Source: Candidatus Krumholzibacteriia bacterium (GTDB lineage: Bacteria > Krumholzibacteriota > Krumholzibacteriia > JAJRXK01). From it: a stretch of DNA of 42,883 nt. Of the stretch, positions 9,079 through 18,091 are shown piece after piece (within the stretch, counting starts at the first letter, position 1; each line of letters begins with the position of its first letter). The notes beneath the pieces are model-generated. The model made no database searches and had not been told where the DNA came from. It worked only from the letters and a program-made list of their open reading frames with translations. The stretch is taken from NCBI GenBank assembly GCA_041484665.1, contig JBGPIA010000027.1, positions 1-42,883 of the forward strand, in the 5' to 3' direction. The position numbers were made by a program, and so were the translations under genes.

Positions 9079-9825
9079 CTACGCCGGCCCACCGCGCGTG
9101 ATGTACGCCAGGTGCCGCCCGCAGATTCCGCGATCCCGCCGGTAGCTGAAGTACAGCTCCGTACGGCAGGCGGTACAGTCCGGGCAGGCCTGGATGCGCT
9201 CGGGCGCCACCCCCGCGGCCGCCAGCTGCAGCGCGCTGGCCCGCCGCAGGTCGAGATGGGGGCGCTCGAGCGGGCCGGCGGCGCGGACGCAGGAGCCATC
9301 AAACTGAACGGCGACTTCGGCGCCGATCTCGAAGCAGCACGGTCCGATCGAAGGGCCGATCCAGGCGCGCACGCGGTCGGGGCGGGCCCCGGCGCCGGCA
9401 AGCGCCGCGATCAGGGCGCCCAGCACGCCGCAAGCCAAGCCGCGCCAGCCGGCGTGGGCCGCGCCGAACGCTCCCGCCGCCGAGTCCCACGCCAGAACGG
9501 GGCAGCAGTCGGCCACGCTCACCAGCAGGACGAGCGCGGGATCCGCGCACACGAGCGCGTCAGCTTCGCCCTGCAGGCCCGGGCGGGCCACCTTGAGCGC
9601 CTGCGCACCGTGGACCTGGCGCGACCAGGCCAGCCGCGCGACGCTCACGCCGAGCACGTCCGCCAGGCGCTCGCGCAGCGCAGCACGATCGCTCTCGGTC
9701 CTTTGGGCAGCGGCGTCCCCGGCCCCGGCCGTTGCCGACGGGAAACCGCGGCGCGTCGTAAGCCCGCCCACGAACGCGGGACCACACAAGAGCGGCGAGA
9801 TGCGCAGGATCGGCAGTGCATCCAT
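9079..9825 (-). CDS. pgeF: PgeF/YfiH (DUF152) peptidoglycan-editing factor / purine nucleoside phosphorylase
   Basis: QVHG, EADAL, ADCCPVL, AAHAGWRG, IGPSIGPCCFE, CTAC, YFSYRR in the C-terminal part of ORF 9079..10719. Confidence 0.9.
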   Translation of the reverse strand: MDALPILRISPLLCGPAFVGGLTTRRGFPSATAGAGDAAAQRTESDRAALRERLADVLGVSVARLAWSRQVHGAQALKVARPGLQGEADALVCADPALVLLVSVADCCPVLAWDSAAGAFGAAHAGWRGLACGVLGALIAALAGAGARPDRVRAWIGPSIGPCCFEIGAEVAVQFDGSCVRAAGPLERPHLDLRRASALQLAAAGVAPERIQACPDCTACRTELYFSYRRDRGICGRHLAYITRGGPA

Positions 9826-9857
9826 TGTGGGAGCCTTCGCCCGGGGGGCGTCCGAGT

Positions 9858-11393
9858 TCAGCCGCCCCACGCCACGTGGCCCAGCGCGCCCTGGAGCACC
9901 CAGACCCCCAGGCCCAGCAGCGTGAGCACGGCCAGCAGCGATCCCACCGCGAGCACGCGGTCGATCTGCCGGCCCAGCGACGACAGTCCGACGTAGGCGA
10001 ACCCGGCGAGGAAGATCAACAGGAATGGGATCGCGATAAAGCGCTCCTGCGCGACGGCGATCCAGACGCCGGCCGCGAAGTATGCGGCCGCGACGAGCTC
10101 CAGCCAAGCCAGGCCATCGAGCCGGACCGAGTAGGCGCGGCCGGGCGCGTCGCCGCGCCGCCGCACTCCGGATTTCGGCGTGCGCCGGAAGGGACTGCGG
10201 TGGCCGGCCAACGCCTCGAGCACGGCGCGGCTGTTGTTCAGTGAAAGCCCCAGCCCCAGCGCCAGCAGTGCCGGGGACAGCAGCAGGGTCCGGCGCAGGC
10301 TGCGCCCGAGCACTAACTGGCTCACGACGTGGTAGACGACGACCATGACGGAGGTGAGGCCGAAGGTCGCCGCGATCGCCAGCAGCCATGGGTGGTGGGT
10401 GTCGTAACGCGTCACGAGCGTGGGCACCCACAGCAGGCAGGGGACCGTCATCAGCAGGTACGACACATTGCTCGTCAGGTGGAAGGTAGCTTCGACCTTC
10501 ACGCGCCAGGGCAAGCGGCTGCGCCAGATGCGCGGCAGCAGCTTGCGCGCCGTCTGGATCCCCCCCTTGGCCCAGCGGTGCTGCTGGGCCTTGAAGGCGT
10601 TCATCTCGATGGGCAGCTCGGCGGCCGCCGTGAGATCGTTGAGGTAGACGAAGCGCCAACCGAGCAGCTGGGCGCGATAGCTCAGATCGAGGTCCTCGGT
10701 GAGCGTGTCGCCTTGCCACCCTCCCGCAGCCTCAATACACTCCCGGCGCCACACTCCCGCCGTCCCGTTGAAATTGAAGAAGCGCCCGGACCTGGAGCGT
10801 GCCACGTGCTCGATCAGGAAGTGCCCATCCAGGAACACGGACTGCAGGGCTGTCAGCAGCGACCACTCGCGGTTGAGGTGTTCCCAGCGGGCCTGCACCA
10901 TCCCCACCTGCGGGTCGCTGAACCAGGGCGCGGTGCGGCGCAGGAAATCGTGGGGCGGCACGAAGTCGGCATCGAAGATCACGATCAGCTCGCCGCTCGC
11001 TGTGAGCAGGCCGTGCGCCAGCGCTCCAGCCTTGAAGCCGTCGCGCGTGCCGCGGCGCACGTACTCCACGGCAACCCCACAGGCGCGCAGACGCCGTACG
11101 AGAGTCGCAAGGCGCTGGGCGGTACGGTCGTCGGAGTCGTCGAGCACCTGGATCTGCAGGCGGTCGTGCGGATAGTCCATGCGGGCCGCGGCCAGCAACA
11201 GCCGCTGCGCGACGTAGCGCTCGTTGTAGATGGGCAGCTGTACGGTCACGCGCGGCAGGGGACCCGACGCCGGCAGCGCCCGGGGCGCGCGCTGGCGCAC
11301 GCGAGCGTAGAGCAGCAACAGGAAAAGCCGGTGCAGCCCGAACAGCGCGAGCGCGGCGACCCCGGCGAAGTAGGCGATGACGAGCGCGGGCAT
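9858..11393 (-). CDS. Processive GT2 glycosyltransferase, cellulose-synthase-like (CslA/CslC-type)
   Basis: QLPIYNE, QVLDDS, GFKAGAL, IFDADF, QARW, FNGTAGVWR, TEDLDL, QQHRW (D,D,D,QxxRW); N- and C-terminal TM helices. Confidence 0.9.
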   Translation of the reverse strand: MPALVIAYFAGVAALALFGLHRLFLLLLYARVRQRAPRALPASGPLPRVTVQLPIYNERYVAQRLLLAAARMDYPHDRLQIQVLDDSDDRTAQRLATLVRRLRACGVAVEYVRRGTRDGFKAGALAHGLLTASGELIVIFDADFVPPHDFLRRTAPWFSDPQVGMVQARWEHLNREWSLLTALQSVFLDGHFLIEHVARSRSGRFFNFNGTAGVWRRECIEAAGGWQGDTLTEDLDLSYRAQLLGWRFVYLNDLTAAAELPIEMNAFKAQQHRWAKGGIQTARKLLPRIWRSRLPWRVKVEATFHLTSNVSYLLMTVPCLLWVPTLVTRYDTHHPWLLAIAATFGLTSVMVVVYHVVSQLVLGRSLRRTLLLSPALLALGLGLSLNNSRAVLEALAGHRSPFRRTPKSGVRRRGDAPGRAYSVRLDGLAWLELVAAAYFAAGVWIAVAQERFIAIPFLLIFLAGFAYVGLSSLGRQIDRVLAVGSLLAVLTLLGLGVWVLQGALGHVAWGG

Positions 11394-11455
11394 GGATGTC
11401 CCAGCGTCGCGAGCAGCGGCGCGCAGCTTGAGGGCCGCCGCGGCCCCCAGCCCGT

Positions 11456-12949
11456 GTGACGGGCGCCATGGTAGTGCCACGAGCACCAGGGAACAAGTCC
11501 GCGCTCCCGGGGCCGCTCCTTGGACGCTCGCCTGGTCTGCGCTCGTGGCGTTCGCGCTGGTGGAGTGCGCTCCGGTGGCATTCACGCGGACGGCGACCAC
11601 TCGCGTGGCGCTCACTCGCGTGGCGCTCGACAGCGCGGCGATCGCGCGCGGGACGCTCGCTCGGTTGGGATCCGCGCTGGCGGGCGCCGCTGCTGGCCGC
11701 CCTGTGCTCCCTGCTGTTGCAGGAGTGGGTCGTGGCCCACGCACGCGGCCCGCACGGCGTGGGTCTGTGGCTGTGCGGCTTCGCGGGGCAATGGGCGATC
11801 TACCTCGCCGCGCTGGCTCGGTGGCGGGGTGGGCGCGCGCTGGCTGACGCGGCGCCGCCTTGGCTGCTCCTGGGCTGGGCGCTGGCCGCGCGACTCTTAC
11901 TCTGCGGCACGCCGGTGTGGCTGTCCGATGATCTCTACCGGTATCTGCTCGACGGCCGCGTGTGGGCGCATGGGATCAACCCGTTCCGCTACGCGCCCGC
12001 GGACCCACACATCATCGCGGTGGCCGGCGAGCTCGCTGCGCGCGTGAACCACCCGGACGTGCGAACGATCTACCCGCCGGTGGCGCAGCTGATCGCCCTG
12101 GTGGCTGCCGTGCTGCACCTGGGGCCCGACGGCTGGCGCGTGCTCATGTCGCTGGCCGACGTAGGCGCCATGCTGGCGGTCGGCCGGCTGTTCGGCGGCG
12201 CCGGCTGGTCCTGGCGGGCGGCGGCGGTCTACGGCCTCTGTCCGCTGGCCATCTGGGAGGCCGGCGCCAATGGCCACCTGGAGCCGTGGGCCGCGCTGTT
12301 CGTCGTGCTCGCGGCGGTGGCTTGGCAGCGCGGGCGAGCGGGCCTCGCCGGCGCGCTGCTGGGACTGGGTGCGCTGGTGAAGCTCTACCCGCTGCTGCTG
12401 CTTCCGCTGTGGCTGCGTCGGCCGGGGTTTCCCCGCGCGGCCGGCGCCGCGGTTCTGGTGTGTGTGGCCGGCGTTGGTCCGTTTGTCGCTAACGGCGTCG
12501 ACGTGACGGCGGGGCTGCGCGCGTACCTGGCGCGCTGGAGCTTCAACGGGCCCGTCTACGCGGGTCTGGTCCTGCTCACGGGATGGAGGGATTCGTGGCG
12601 GTGGCTGCCGTTCCTTGCCGTGGCCGTCGCGGGGACGATCGCAGGCGTGCGCAAAGCGGCGCCGGAACGCGCCGCGGGCTGGCTGCTGTGCGCCTTCCTG
12701 ACCTGCAGCCCGACACTCCATCCGTGGTACGCGCTGTGGATCCTGCCCTGGCTCGGTCCATGCCCCGCGGTCGCGTTGACCGCGTTCGTGGCGGCGATGG
12801 GAGGGTCGTACGCCGTCTGGTGGAACGTAGCGCATCACGCAGACTGGTCCGTTCCGCCCGGGGCCACAGCGCTGATCTGGGCCCTGGTGGCCGCCGGCGG
12901 CGTGGTCCAGCTGGCGCGCATCCGGCGAGCGCCCGCAGCTCTGGATTGA
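11456..12949 (+). CDS. GT-C fold membrane glycosyltransferase, GT87/DUF2029-like
   Basis: SDDLYRYLLDG, GINPFRYAP, NHPDVRTIYPP, EAGANGHLE, LVKLYP, WSFN, HPWY; many TM segments. True start uncertain and may lie downstream of the repetitive N-terminus. Confidence 0.72.
   Translation: MTGAMVVPRAPGNKSALPGPLLGRSPGLRSWRSRWWSALRWHSRGRRPLAWRSLAWRSTARRSRAGRSLGWDPRWRAPLLAALCSLLLQEWVVAHARGPHGVGLWLCGFAGQWAIYLAALARWRGGRALADAAPPWLLLGWALAARLLLCGTPVWLSDDLYRYLLDGRVWAHGINPFRYAPADPHIIAVAGELAARVNHPDVRTIYPPVAQLIALVAAVLHLGPDGWRVLMSLADVGAMLAVGRLFGGAGWSWRAAAVYGLCPLAIWEAGANGHLEPWAALFVVLAAVAWQRGRAGLAGALLGLGALVKLYPLLLLPLWLRRPGFPRAAGAAVLVCVAGVGPFVANGVDVTAGLRAYLARWSFNGPVYAGLVLLTGWRDSWRWLPFLAVAVAGTIAGVRKAAPERAAGWLLCAFLTCSPTLHPWYALWILPWLGPCPAVALTAFVAAMGGSYAVWWNVAHHADWSVPPGATALIWALVAAGGVVQLARIRRAPAALD
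11598..11628 (+). repeat. 15-bp perfect tandem duplication within a degenerate WRS-repeat tract
   Basis: cactcgcgtggcgct x2 at 11598-11627, flanked by further gtggcg/ggcg-like units. Confidence 0.7.
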
Positions 12950-12973
12950 GCAGCACTGCACGGAAACTGGCCG

Positions 12974-13002
12974 TTGCCGGGGGCCGGGGGGTTGAGTAGC
13001 GT
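12974..13002 (+). promoter_or_regulatory. Putative sigma70-type promoter for the export operon
   Basis: TTGCCG-17 nt-TAGCGT, about 46 nt upstream of ATG 13049. Confidence 0.35.
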
Positions 13003-13048
13003 GGCCCGGCGGGTCAGGCCTTCGATTCACCGAATTGCTGGCACATCG

Positions 13049-15481
13049 ATGAAGCGAGCGCACGCGAGGGATCCTCGGTTCGCGGGGGGGCCGACTGCGC
13101 GACCGCTCCGTGGCGCGGCTGTGCGCGCCGTCCGCGCCACGCGCATCCCGCCGGCCGCGCCGATGCTCACGGCGCTGCTGCTCACCGCGCTGCTGCTTGG
13201 CTGCCCCCTGGAGGCCCGTTCGCAGAGGCAGCCGACTCCCGAGCAGCTCCAGCAGATGGAATCCAAGCTCTCGACGCTCAGTCCCGCGGATCGCGTCCGG
13301 GTGCTGGAGGCTCTGCAGCAGAGCCGAGCAGGGACCGCCGCGGACAGCACGGCCGCGGCGTCCGAGCAGCTCCCCATCAACGACACGCTCGCGCCGCGCC
13401 TGATCGGCACGGCCGATAGCACCCGCGCGCAGGCTGCGCCCATGCCAGCGCCAGCGAGTGCTCCCGCCAAGCTCCCCCGCTTCGGGCGCGATCTCTTCCG
13501 GGCTATCCCGGCGACGTTCGCTCCGGTCACCTACGGCCCGGTCTCCCCGGAGTACCGCCTCGGTCCGGGTGACGAGCTCATCGTGGAGGTGTGGGGTGAG
13601 GTGACCTACCGCGACCGGCACCTGGTGGATCGGCGCGGGACGATCCTGTTGCGCGACGCGGGCGCGTTGACCGTGGCCGGGCTCACCCTCGAAGAGGTCC
13701 AGCGCGAAGTGAATCAGCGGCTCGCGCGCGTGCTCAGCGGCGTCAAGCCGAAAGGCGGCGGCAGCACGTTCGCGGATGTGAGCCTCGGCAGACTGCGTGC
13801 CATCCGCGTGTTCGTGGTCGGCGAGGCGATGCGCCCCGGCGGTTACGAAGTCAGCTCGGTGTCGACAATCTTCCAGGCGCTCTACGCCGCCGGGGGGCCC
13901 AGCGACATCGGCTCGCTGCGCGCAGTCCGCTTGATCCGGGAGAATCGCGAGGTCGCGCGCCTGGATCTCTACGAGTACCTGATCGAGGGGACGCGGCGCG
14001 GCGACGAGAGCTTGCGTGATGGCGACAGCGTGTTCATTCCCGTGGCCGACCGCACGGTGGCCGTGAGCGGCGAGGTGCGCCGGCCGGCGCGCTTCGAGCT
14101 GCTCGAGGGGGAGGGGCTGTCCGACGCTCTGCGCTTCGCCGGAGGGCTGCTCCCCTCGGCGCGCACCGACGTGGCGCACCTCCACCGCATCCTGCCGCCG
14201 CAACTGCGCGCGGCGGGGCAGCTCCCGCGCGTGGAGCTCGACCTCCCGCTGCAGGCGCAGTTGGACGGCCAGACGCAGGCCGTGCCCCTGGTGGACGGCG
14301 ACGAGATCGAGGTCCGCCCGGTGAGCGATCTGCGCGAGGGCTACGTGAGCGTCACCGGCAGTGTGGTACGCCCAGGGCGCTACGCCTACGTCGCCGGAAT
14401 GAAGCTGGGCGATCTGCTGGAGCGCGCTCAGGGCGTGTGGAAGGACGCCTTGCTGGACCGCGCGTTGTTGGTGCGCACGCGCAGCGATTACTCGAAGGAG
14501 AGCTTCGAGATCCCCCTGGGCAAGGTACTGGCGGGGGAGGCGCCGCAGGAGCTGGCGCCCATGGACTCGCTGTGCGTCTTCTCGCTGCGCGAGATGCAGG
14601 ACCGCCACCGCGTCGAGATCCACGGCGAGGTGCACAAGCCGGCGATCTACGAGTTCTACGAAGGGATGTCCCTGCGCGATCTGATCCTGCTCGCCGGCGG
14701 GCTCAATGACCAGGCGGAGGCGCTCAGCGCCGAGATCAGCCGGGTGCAGACCACGCAGGCCGCTTCGGTGGACACGCTCGCGGAGATCCTGCACGTGCCG
14801 CTGGGGCGGGACTTCACCACGCTGGAGAGCCGGCCCTTCCTGCTGCAGAACCACGACAACGTGTTCATCCGCCGGCTGCCCTACTGGGAGCTGCAGCGCA
14901 ACGTGCTCGTCGGCGGCGAGGTCAAGTTCCCGGGCGTCTACACGCTGCAGCAGCGTGACGAGCGCCTGAGCAGCGTGCTGCAGCGCTGCGGGGGACTGCT
15001 CCCCACGGCGTTCCCGCCCGGCTTCCGCATCAACCGCCCGACGGGGAGCGTGGGCAACATCGGCCTGGATCTGCAGCGCGCCCTCGAGCACCCGGGAGGC
15101 CCCGACGACATCATCCTGGTGGCGGGCGACCAGATCACGATCCCGCCGCAGCCGCTCAGCGTCAAGGTGATCGGACGCGTCGGCTTTCCGACCAGCGTGG
15201 TCTACGCGCAGGGCAAGGGGGTCGGACACTACGTCGACCGCGCCGGCGGATTCGCGGATCACGCTGACAAGGGGCGCACGCAGATCATCTACCCCAACGG
15301 GCTGTCGCGCACGGTGAGACGTTTCTGGTGGGATCCACCCGTGCAGCCCGGATCCACGATCTACGTTCCCGACGAGGACCGGCACGGAGGGGTCGACTGG
15401 GGGGACGTGCTGGTCAAGACCACCACAGTCCTCTCCAGCCTGGCGACGATCTACCTGGTCATCGACCGGACCCGCAACTGA
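13049..15481 (+). CDS. Polysaccharide export protein (OPX, Wza/KpsD-like) with multiple SLBB domains
   Basis: Poly_export motif EYRLGPGDELIVEVWG; repeated SLBB units (V.GEV..PG.Y...AGG); possible lipobox LLGC; C-terminal amphipathic helix WGDVLVKTTTVLSSLATIYLVI. Confidence 0.88.
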   Translation: MKRAHARDPRFAGGPTARPLRGAAVRAVRATRIPPAAPMLTALLLTALLLGCPLEARSQRQPTPEQLQQMESKLSTLSPADRVRVLEALQQSRAGTAADSTAAASEQLPINDTLAPRLIGTADSTRAQAAPMPAPASAPAKLPRFGRDLFRAIPATFAPVTYGPVSPEYRLGPGDELIVEVWGEVTYRDRHLVDRRGTILLRDAGALTVAGLTLEEVQREVNQRLARVLSGVKPKGGGSTFADVSLGRLRAIRVFVVGEAMRPGGYEVSSVSTIFQALYAAGGPSDIGSLRAVRLIRENREVARLDLYEYLIEGTRRGDESLRDGDSVFIPVADRTVAVSGEVRRPARFELLEGEGLSDALRFAGGLLPSARTDVAHLHRILPPQLRAAGQLPRVELDLPLQAQLDGQTQAVPLVDGDEIEVRPVSDLREGYVSVTGSVVRPGRYAYVAGMKLGDLLERAQGVWKDALLDRALLVRTRSDYSKESFEIPLGKVLAGEAPQELAPMDSLCVFSLREMQDRHRVEIHGEVHKPAIYEFYEGMSLRDLILLAGGLNDQAEALSAEISRVQTTQAASVDTLAEILHVPLGRDFTTLESRPFLLQNHDNVFIRRLPYWELQRNVLVGGEVKFPGVYTLQQRDERLSSVLQRCGGLLPTAFPPGFRINRPTGSVGNIGLDLQRALEHPGGPDDIILVAGDQITIPPQPLSVKVIGRVGFPTSVVYAQGKGVGHYVDRAGGFADHADKGRTQIIYPNGLSRTVRRFWWDPPVQPGSTIYVPDEDRHGGVDWGDVLVKTTTVLSSLATIYLVIDRTRN

Positions 15482-15493
15482 GGTGATGGGGTC

Positions 15494-16585
15494 ATGACGG
15501 CCGACGGCGGCGCTCGCCCGACAGGGGCTACGGTCACGGTCGCCGATCTCGATCGCTACGGCTTCCCCGCGCTGCTGGCCGTGCTGGCCCGCCGGCGCCG
15601 GGCCATCGCCCTGGTGGTCGCGGCCGCCGTGGCGGCGGGGATCGTGCTCTGCCTGGTCCTGCCCCGGCAGTTCCGCGCCGAGACCACGATCCTGCCTTCA
15701 TTGCGCGTGGCCAGCGACAGCGACGCTGCCAGCGTGGCCGCGCTGCGCTCAGCCGCAGGCGCGATGGGAGTGAGCGTCGGAGTGGGCGCGCAGGATCCAT
15801 CGGTGCTGTTCCCCCAGGTGCTACGCAGCCGCACGCTGGCCGAGCGCGTCCTGTTGCGGGAGTACCCCGTGCGCGGCGGCGGGACCCGGCGCCTGCTCGA
15901 CGCACTGGGCAAGGCCGGCAGCGACTCGTCGCTGCGCTTGGATGCTGCTGTGCGCCGCTGGCGCGGGCGCGTGCTGCGCCTGCGCCTGGACGCCAAGAGC
16001 GGCGTCACCGCCGTGAGCGTGGAGCTGCAGGATGCCGCGCTGTCCGCGGCGGTGGCAAACGCGTGTGTCGAGGAGCTCGATCGCTTCAACCGCGAGGTGA
16101 AAAACGCGCAGGCCGGTAAGCAGGTCGATTTCATCTCCAATCGCCTGGTCGAGGTGGAGCAGCAGCTGGCCGCGGCCGAGGACGCGCTCAAACAGTTCCG
16201 CGAGCAGAACCGCCAGCTCTCCGGCTCGCCGCAGCTCCTGCTGCAGGAGGCGCGCCTGGCCCGCGACGTCCAGCTCAACGAGCAGCTCTTCCTGACCCTG
16301 AAGACGCAACTGGAGGTTGCCCGCATCGAGGAGGTCAAGAACGTGCCCCTGGTCGTGGTGCTGGATCGCGCCACGCCGCCGGTGCGCCCCTCCTCACCGC
16401 AACGGTTGCAGCTGCTGGCGTGCGCCGGCGGCTTGGGCCTGGCGCTGGGGATCGCCCTGGCGCTGTGCCAGGCGTGGCTGGAGATCGCTTCCGAGCAGCC
16501 TCCCGTCCGGGCGCTGCGCGAGATTTTCCGAAACGACACCGCGCTGTTGGCGCGTGGGCGCCGCCATGACCTCCCGACGCCCTGA
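15494..16585 (+). CDS. Polysaccharide co-polymerase / chain-length determinant (Wzz/GNVR-like, no kinase domain)
   Basis: N-terminal TM, LRSRTLAERV, coiled coil with FISNRL..VEQQL..AE..LKQFREQN, VLDRATPP..PSSP before the C-terminal TM. Confidence 0.82.
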   Translation: MTADGGARPTGATVTVADLDRYGFPALLAVLARRRRAIALVVAAAVAAGIVLCLVLPRQFRAETTILPSLRVASDSDAASVAALRSAAGAMGVSVGVGAQDPSVLFPQVLRSRTLAERVLLREYPVRGGGTRRLLDALGKAGSDSSLRLDAAVRRWRGRVLRLRLDAKSGVTAVSVELQDAALSAAVANACVEELDRFNREVKNAQAGKQVDFISNRLVEVEQQLAAAEDALKQFREQNRQLSGSPQLLLQEARLARDVQLNEQLFLTLKTQLEVARIEEVKNVPLVVVLDRATPPVRPSSPQRLQLLACAGGLGLALGIALALCQAWLEIASEQPPVRALREIFRNDTALLARGRRHDLPTP

Positions 16586-18035
16586 TCCACCGCCGGGTCC
16601 ACGGGCCGATCGCGGATCCGGCCGGCGGGCTGATCGAGGGCCCGACGCGCAGCCCGATCCCCGCGGGCCGGCCGTCGATCGCGGGCCCGACAACCTGCGC
16701 CTGCGCCTGACGCTCAGCGCGCTGGCGCTGGCGCAGATCGTCTCATCCTTCGGCGTGCAGTGGACGGTCGTAGCTCGTCTGGGCACGCACGTCGAGACCG
16801 ACGCGCTGTACGCCGGCATGACGCTGCCGCAGATCGTCACGACGATGGCGGTGGAGTCCCTGACCTTCGTGCTGATCCCGCTGTTCTCCGCGCTCCCCGA
16901 GCGGGAGCGCCGCCGCCACGCATGGTCGATGGTGGCGGTGATCGTGGGGCTGGCGGCGGTGCTGATCGCGGTGCTGGACCTCGCGGCTCCTTTGCTCCTG
17001 CGCCTGACCGTGCCCGGCTTCACCCCTCAGGCGCGGGAGCTGTGCGTGCGCCTGACGCGCATCCAGCTCAACAGCCTGCTGGGCGCCGCGGCGTTCTCGG
17101 TGCTGGCGGCTCTCGAGCACGCACGCAACCGATTCCGCCGCGTCGCGGCCAGCGTGCTGGTCTGCACCGTGGTTGGGTGGGCTGTGCTGCTGCGATGGCT
17201 GGGCACCGGCGGCATCGTGCTGGCTGCGTGGGTGCAGGTGCTGATGCTGGGCGGTCCGGCGCTGCTGCTGCTGCCCGCGGCCGGGCGTCCGGCAGGGATC
17301 GCCGGCAGCGGCGAGTTGCTCCGCGAGGTATGGCGTCGTGTGCGCCCGCTGGTGCTGGGAGCCACGTACTACCGCACGGGCTTCGTCGTCGACCGACTGC
17401 TGGCGTCGTTCTTGGCGCCCGGCAGCATCGTGATCCTGGAGCTCGCGCAGCGCATCGATGTGGCGGTCGTGCGCGTGCTGAACCAGGGGATCGTGACGCC
17501 GGTGGTGCCGAGGCTCGCGCGCCTCGCGGAGCAGGGGCAAAGCGACGCGTTCCGGGCGCTGGTGCGCCAACGCGCTCTGTGGGCAGCGGCGCTGGGTGGT
17601 GCGGCGCTTTGCGCCATCAGCCTGGCCGTGCTCGTGAATCGCAACGGCCTGGAGACGGTGGCGCGCGCCGCGGGCAAGCTGACACACGACGATCTGCGCA
17701 CGCTGTGCCTGGTGTTCTTGTGCGCAGGCGGAGTGCTGCTGACGGGAAGCGTCAATCACATGCTCACCTCCGCGTGGTACGCGCAAGGGGACACGCGCAC
17801 TCCTACGCGCATCGGGGTGACGGCCTATACGGTCGGGCTCGGCTTGAAGGCGCTGGGCTTCCGCCTGGGGGGGCTGGAGGGAATCGCCCTGGGGATCAGC
17901 GCCTATTACGGACTGCACTGGTTCCTGCTCGAGCGCGCCCTGGGGCGCGGCAAAGCCCGTGGGTCGGGGCGAAACCCCGGCCTGCTGGCGGCCAACCTGC
18001 GCCTGGGCGACTCGACGCCGCGGGTGGAGTCGTGA
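16566..18035 (+). CDS. MurJ/MviN-like lipid-linked oligosaccharide flippase
   Basis: LG...TDALYAGMTLP, LTVPGF, VDRLLASFLAPGSI, WYAQGDTRTP; 12 or more TM segments. Located in the polysaccharide export operon. Confidence 0.75.
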   Translation: MTSRRPDPPPGPRADRGSGRRADRGPDAQPDPRGPAVDRGPDNLRLRLTLSALALAQIVSSFGVQWTVVARLGTHVETDALYAGMTLPQIVTTMAVESLTFVLIPLFSALPERERRRHAWSMVAVIVGLAAVLIAVLDLAAPLLLRLTVPGFTPQARELCVRLTRIQLNSLLGAAAFSVLAALEHARNRFRRVAASVLVCTVVGWAVLLRWLGTGGIVLAAWVQVLMLGGPALLLLPAAGRPAGIAGSGELLREVWRRVRPLVLGATYYRTGFVVDRLLASFLAPGSIVILELAQRIDVAVVRVLNQGIVTPVVPRLARLAEQGQSDAFRALVRQRALWAAALGGAALCAISLAVLVNRNGLETVARAAGKLTHDDLRTLCLVFLCAGGVLLTGSVNHMLTSAWYAQGDTRTPTRIGVTAYTVGLGLKALGFRLGGLEGIALGISAYYGLHWFLLERALGRGKARGSGRNPGLLAANLRLGDSTPRVES

Positions 18036-18091
18036 GGCGGACCGGGCGCTGGATGCGCCCGGCTGCGGCGATGGGGAGGTGAGGCGCGACG

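Noticed and set aside
11897..15385. 1162-aa minus-strand ORF
   Set aside because: Shadow of the OPX and GT87-like genes; no recognisable domain.
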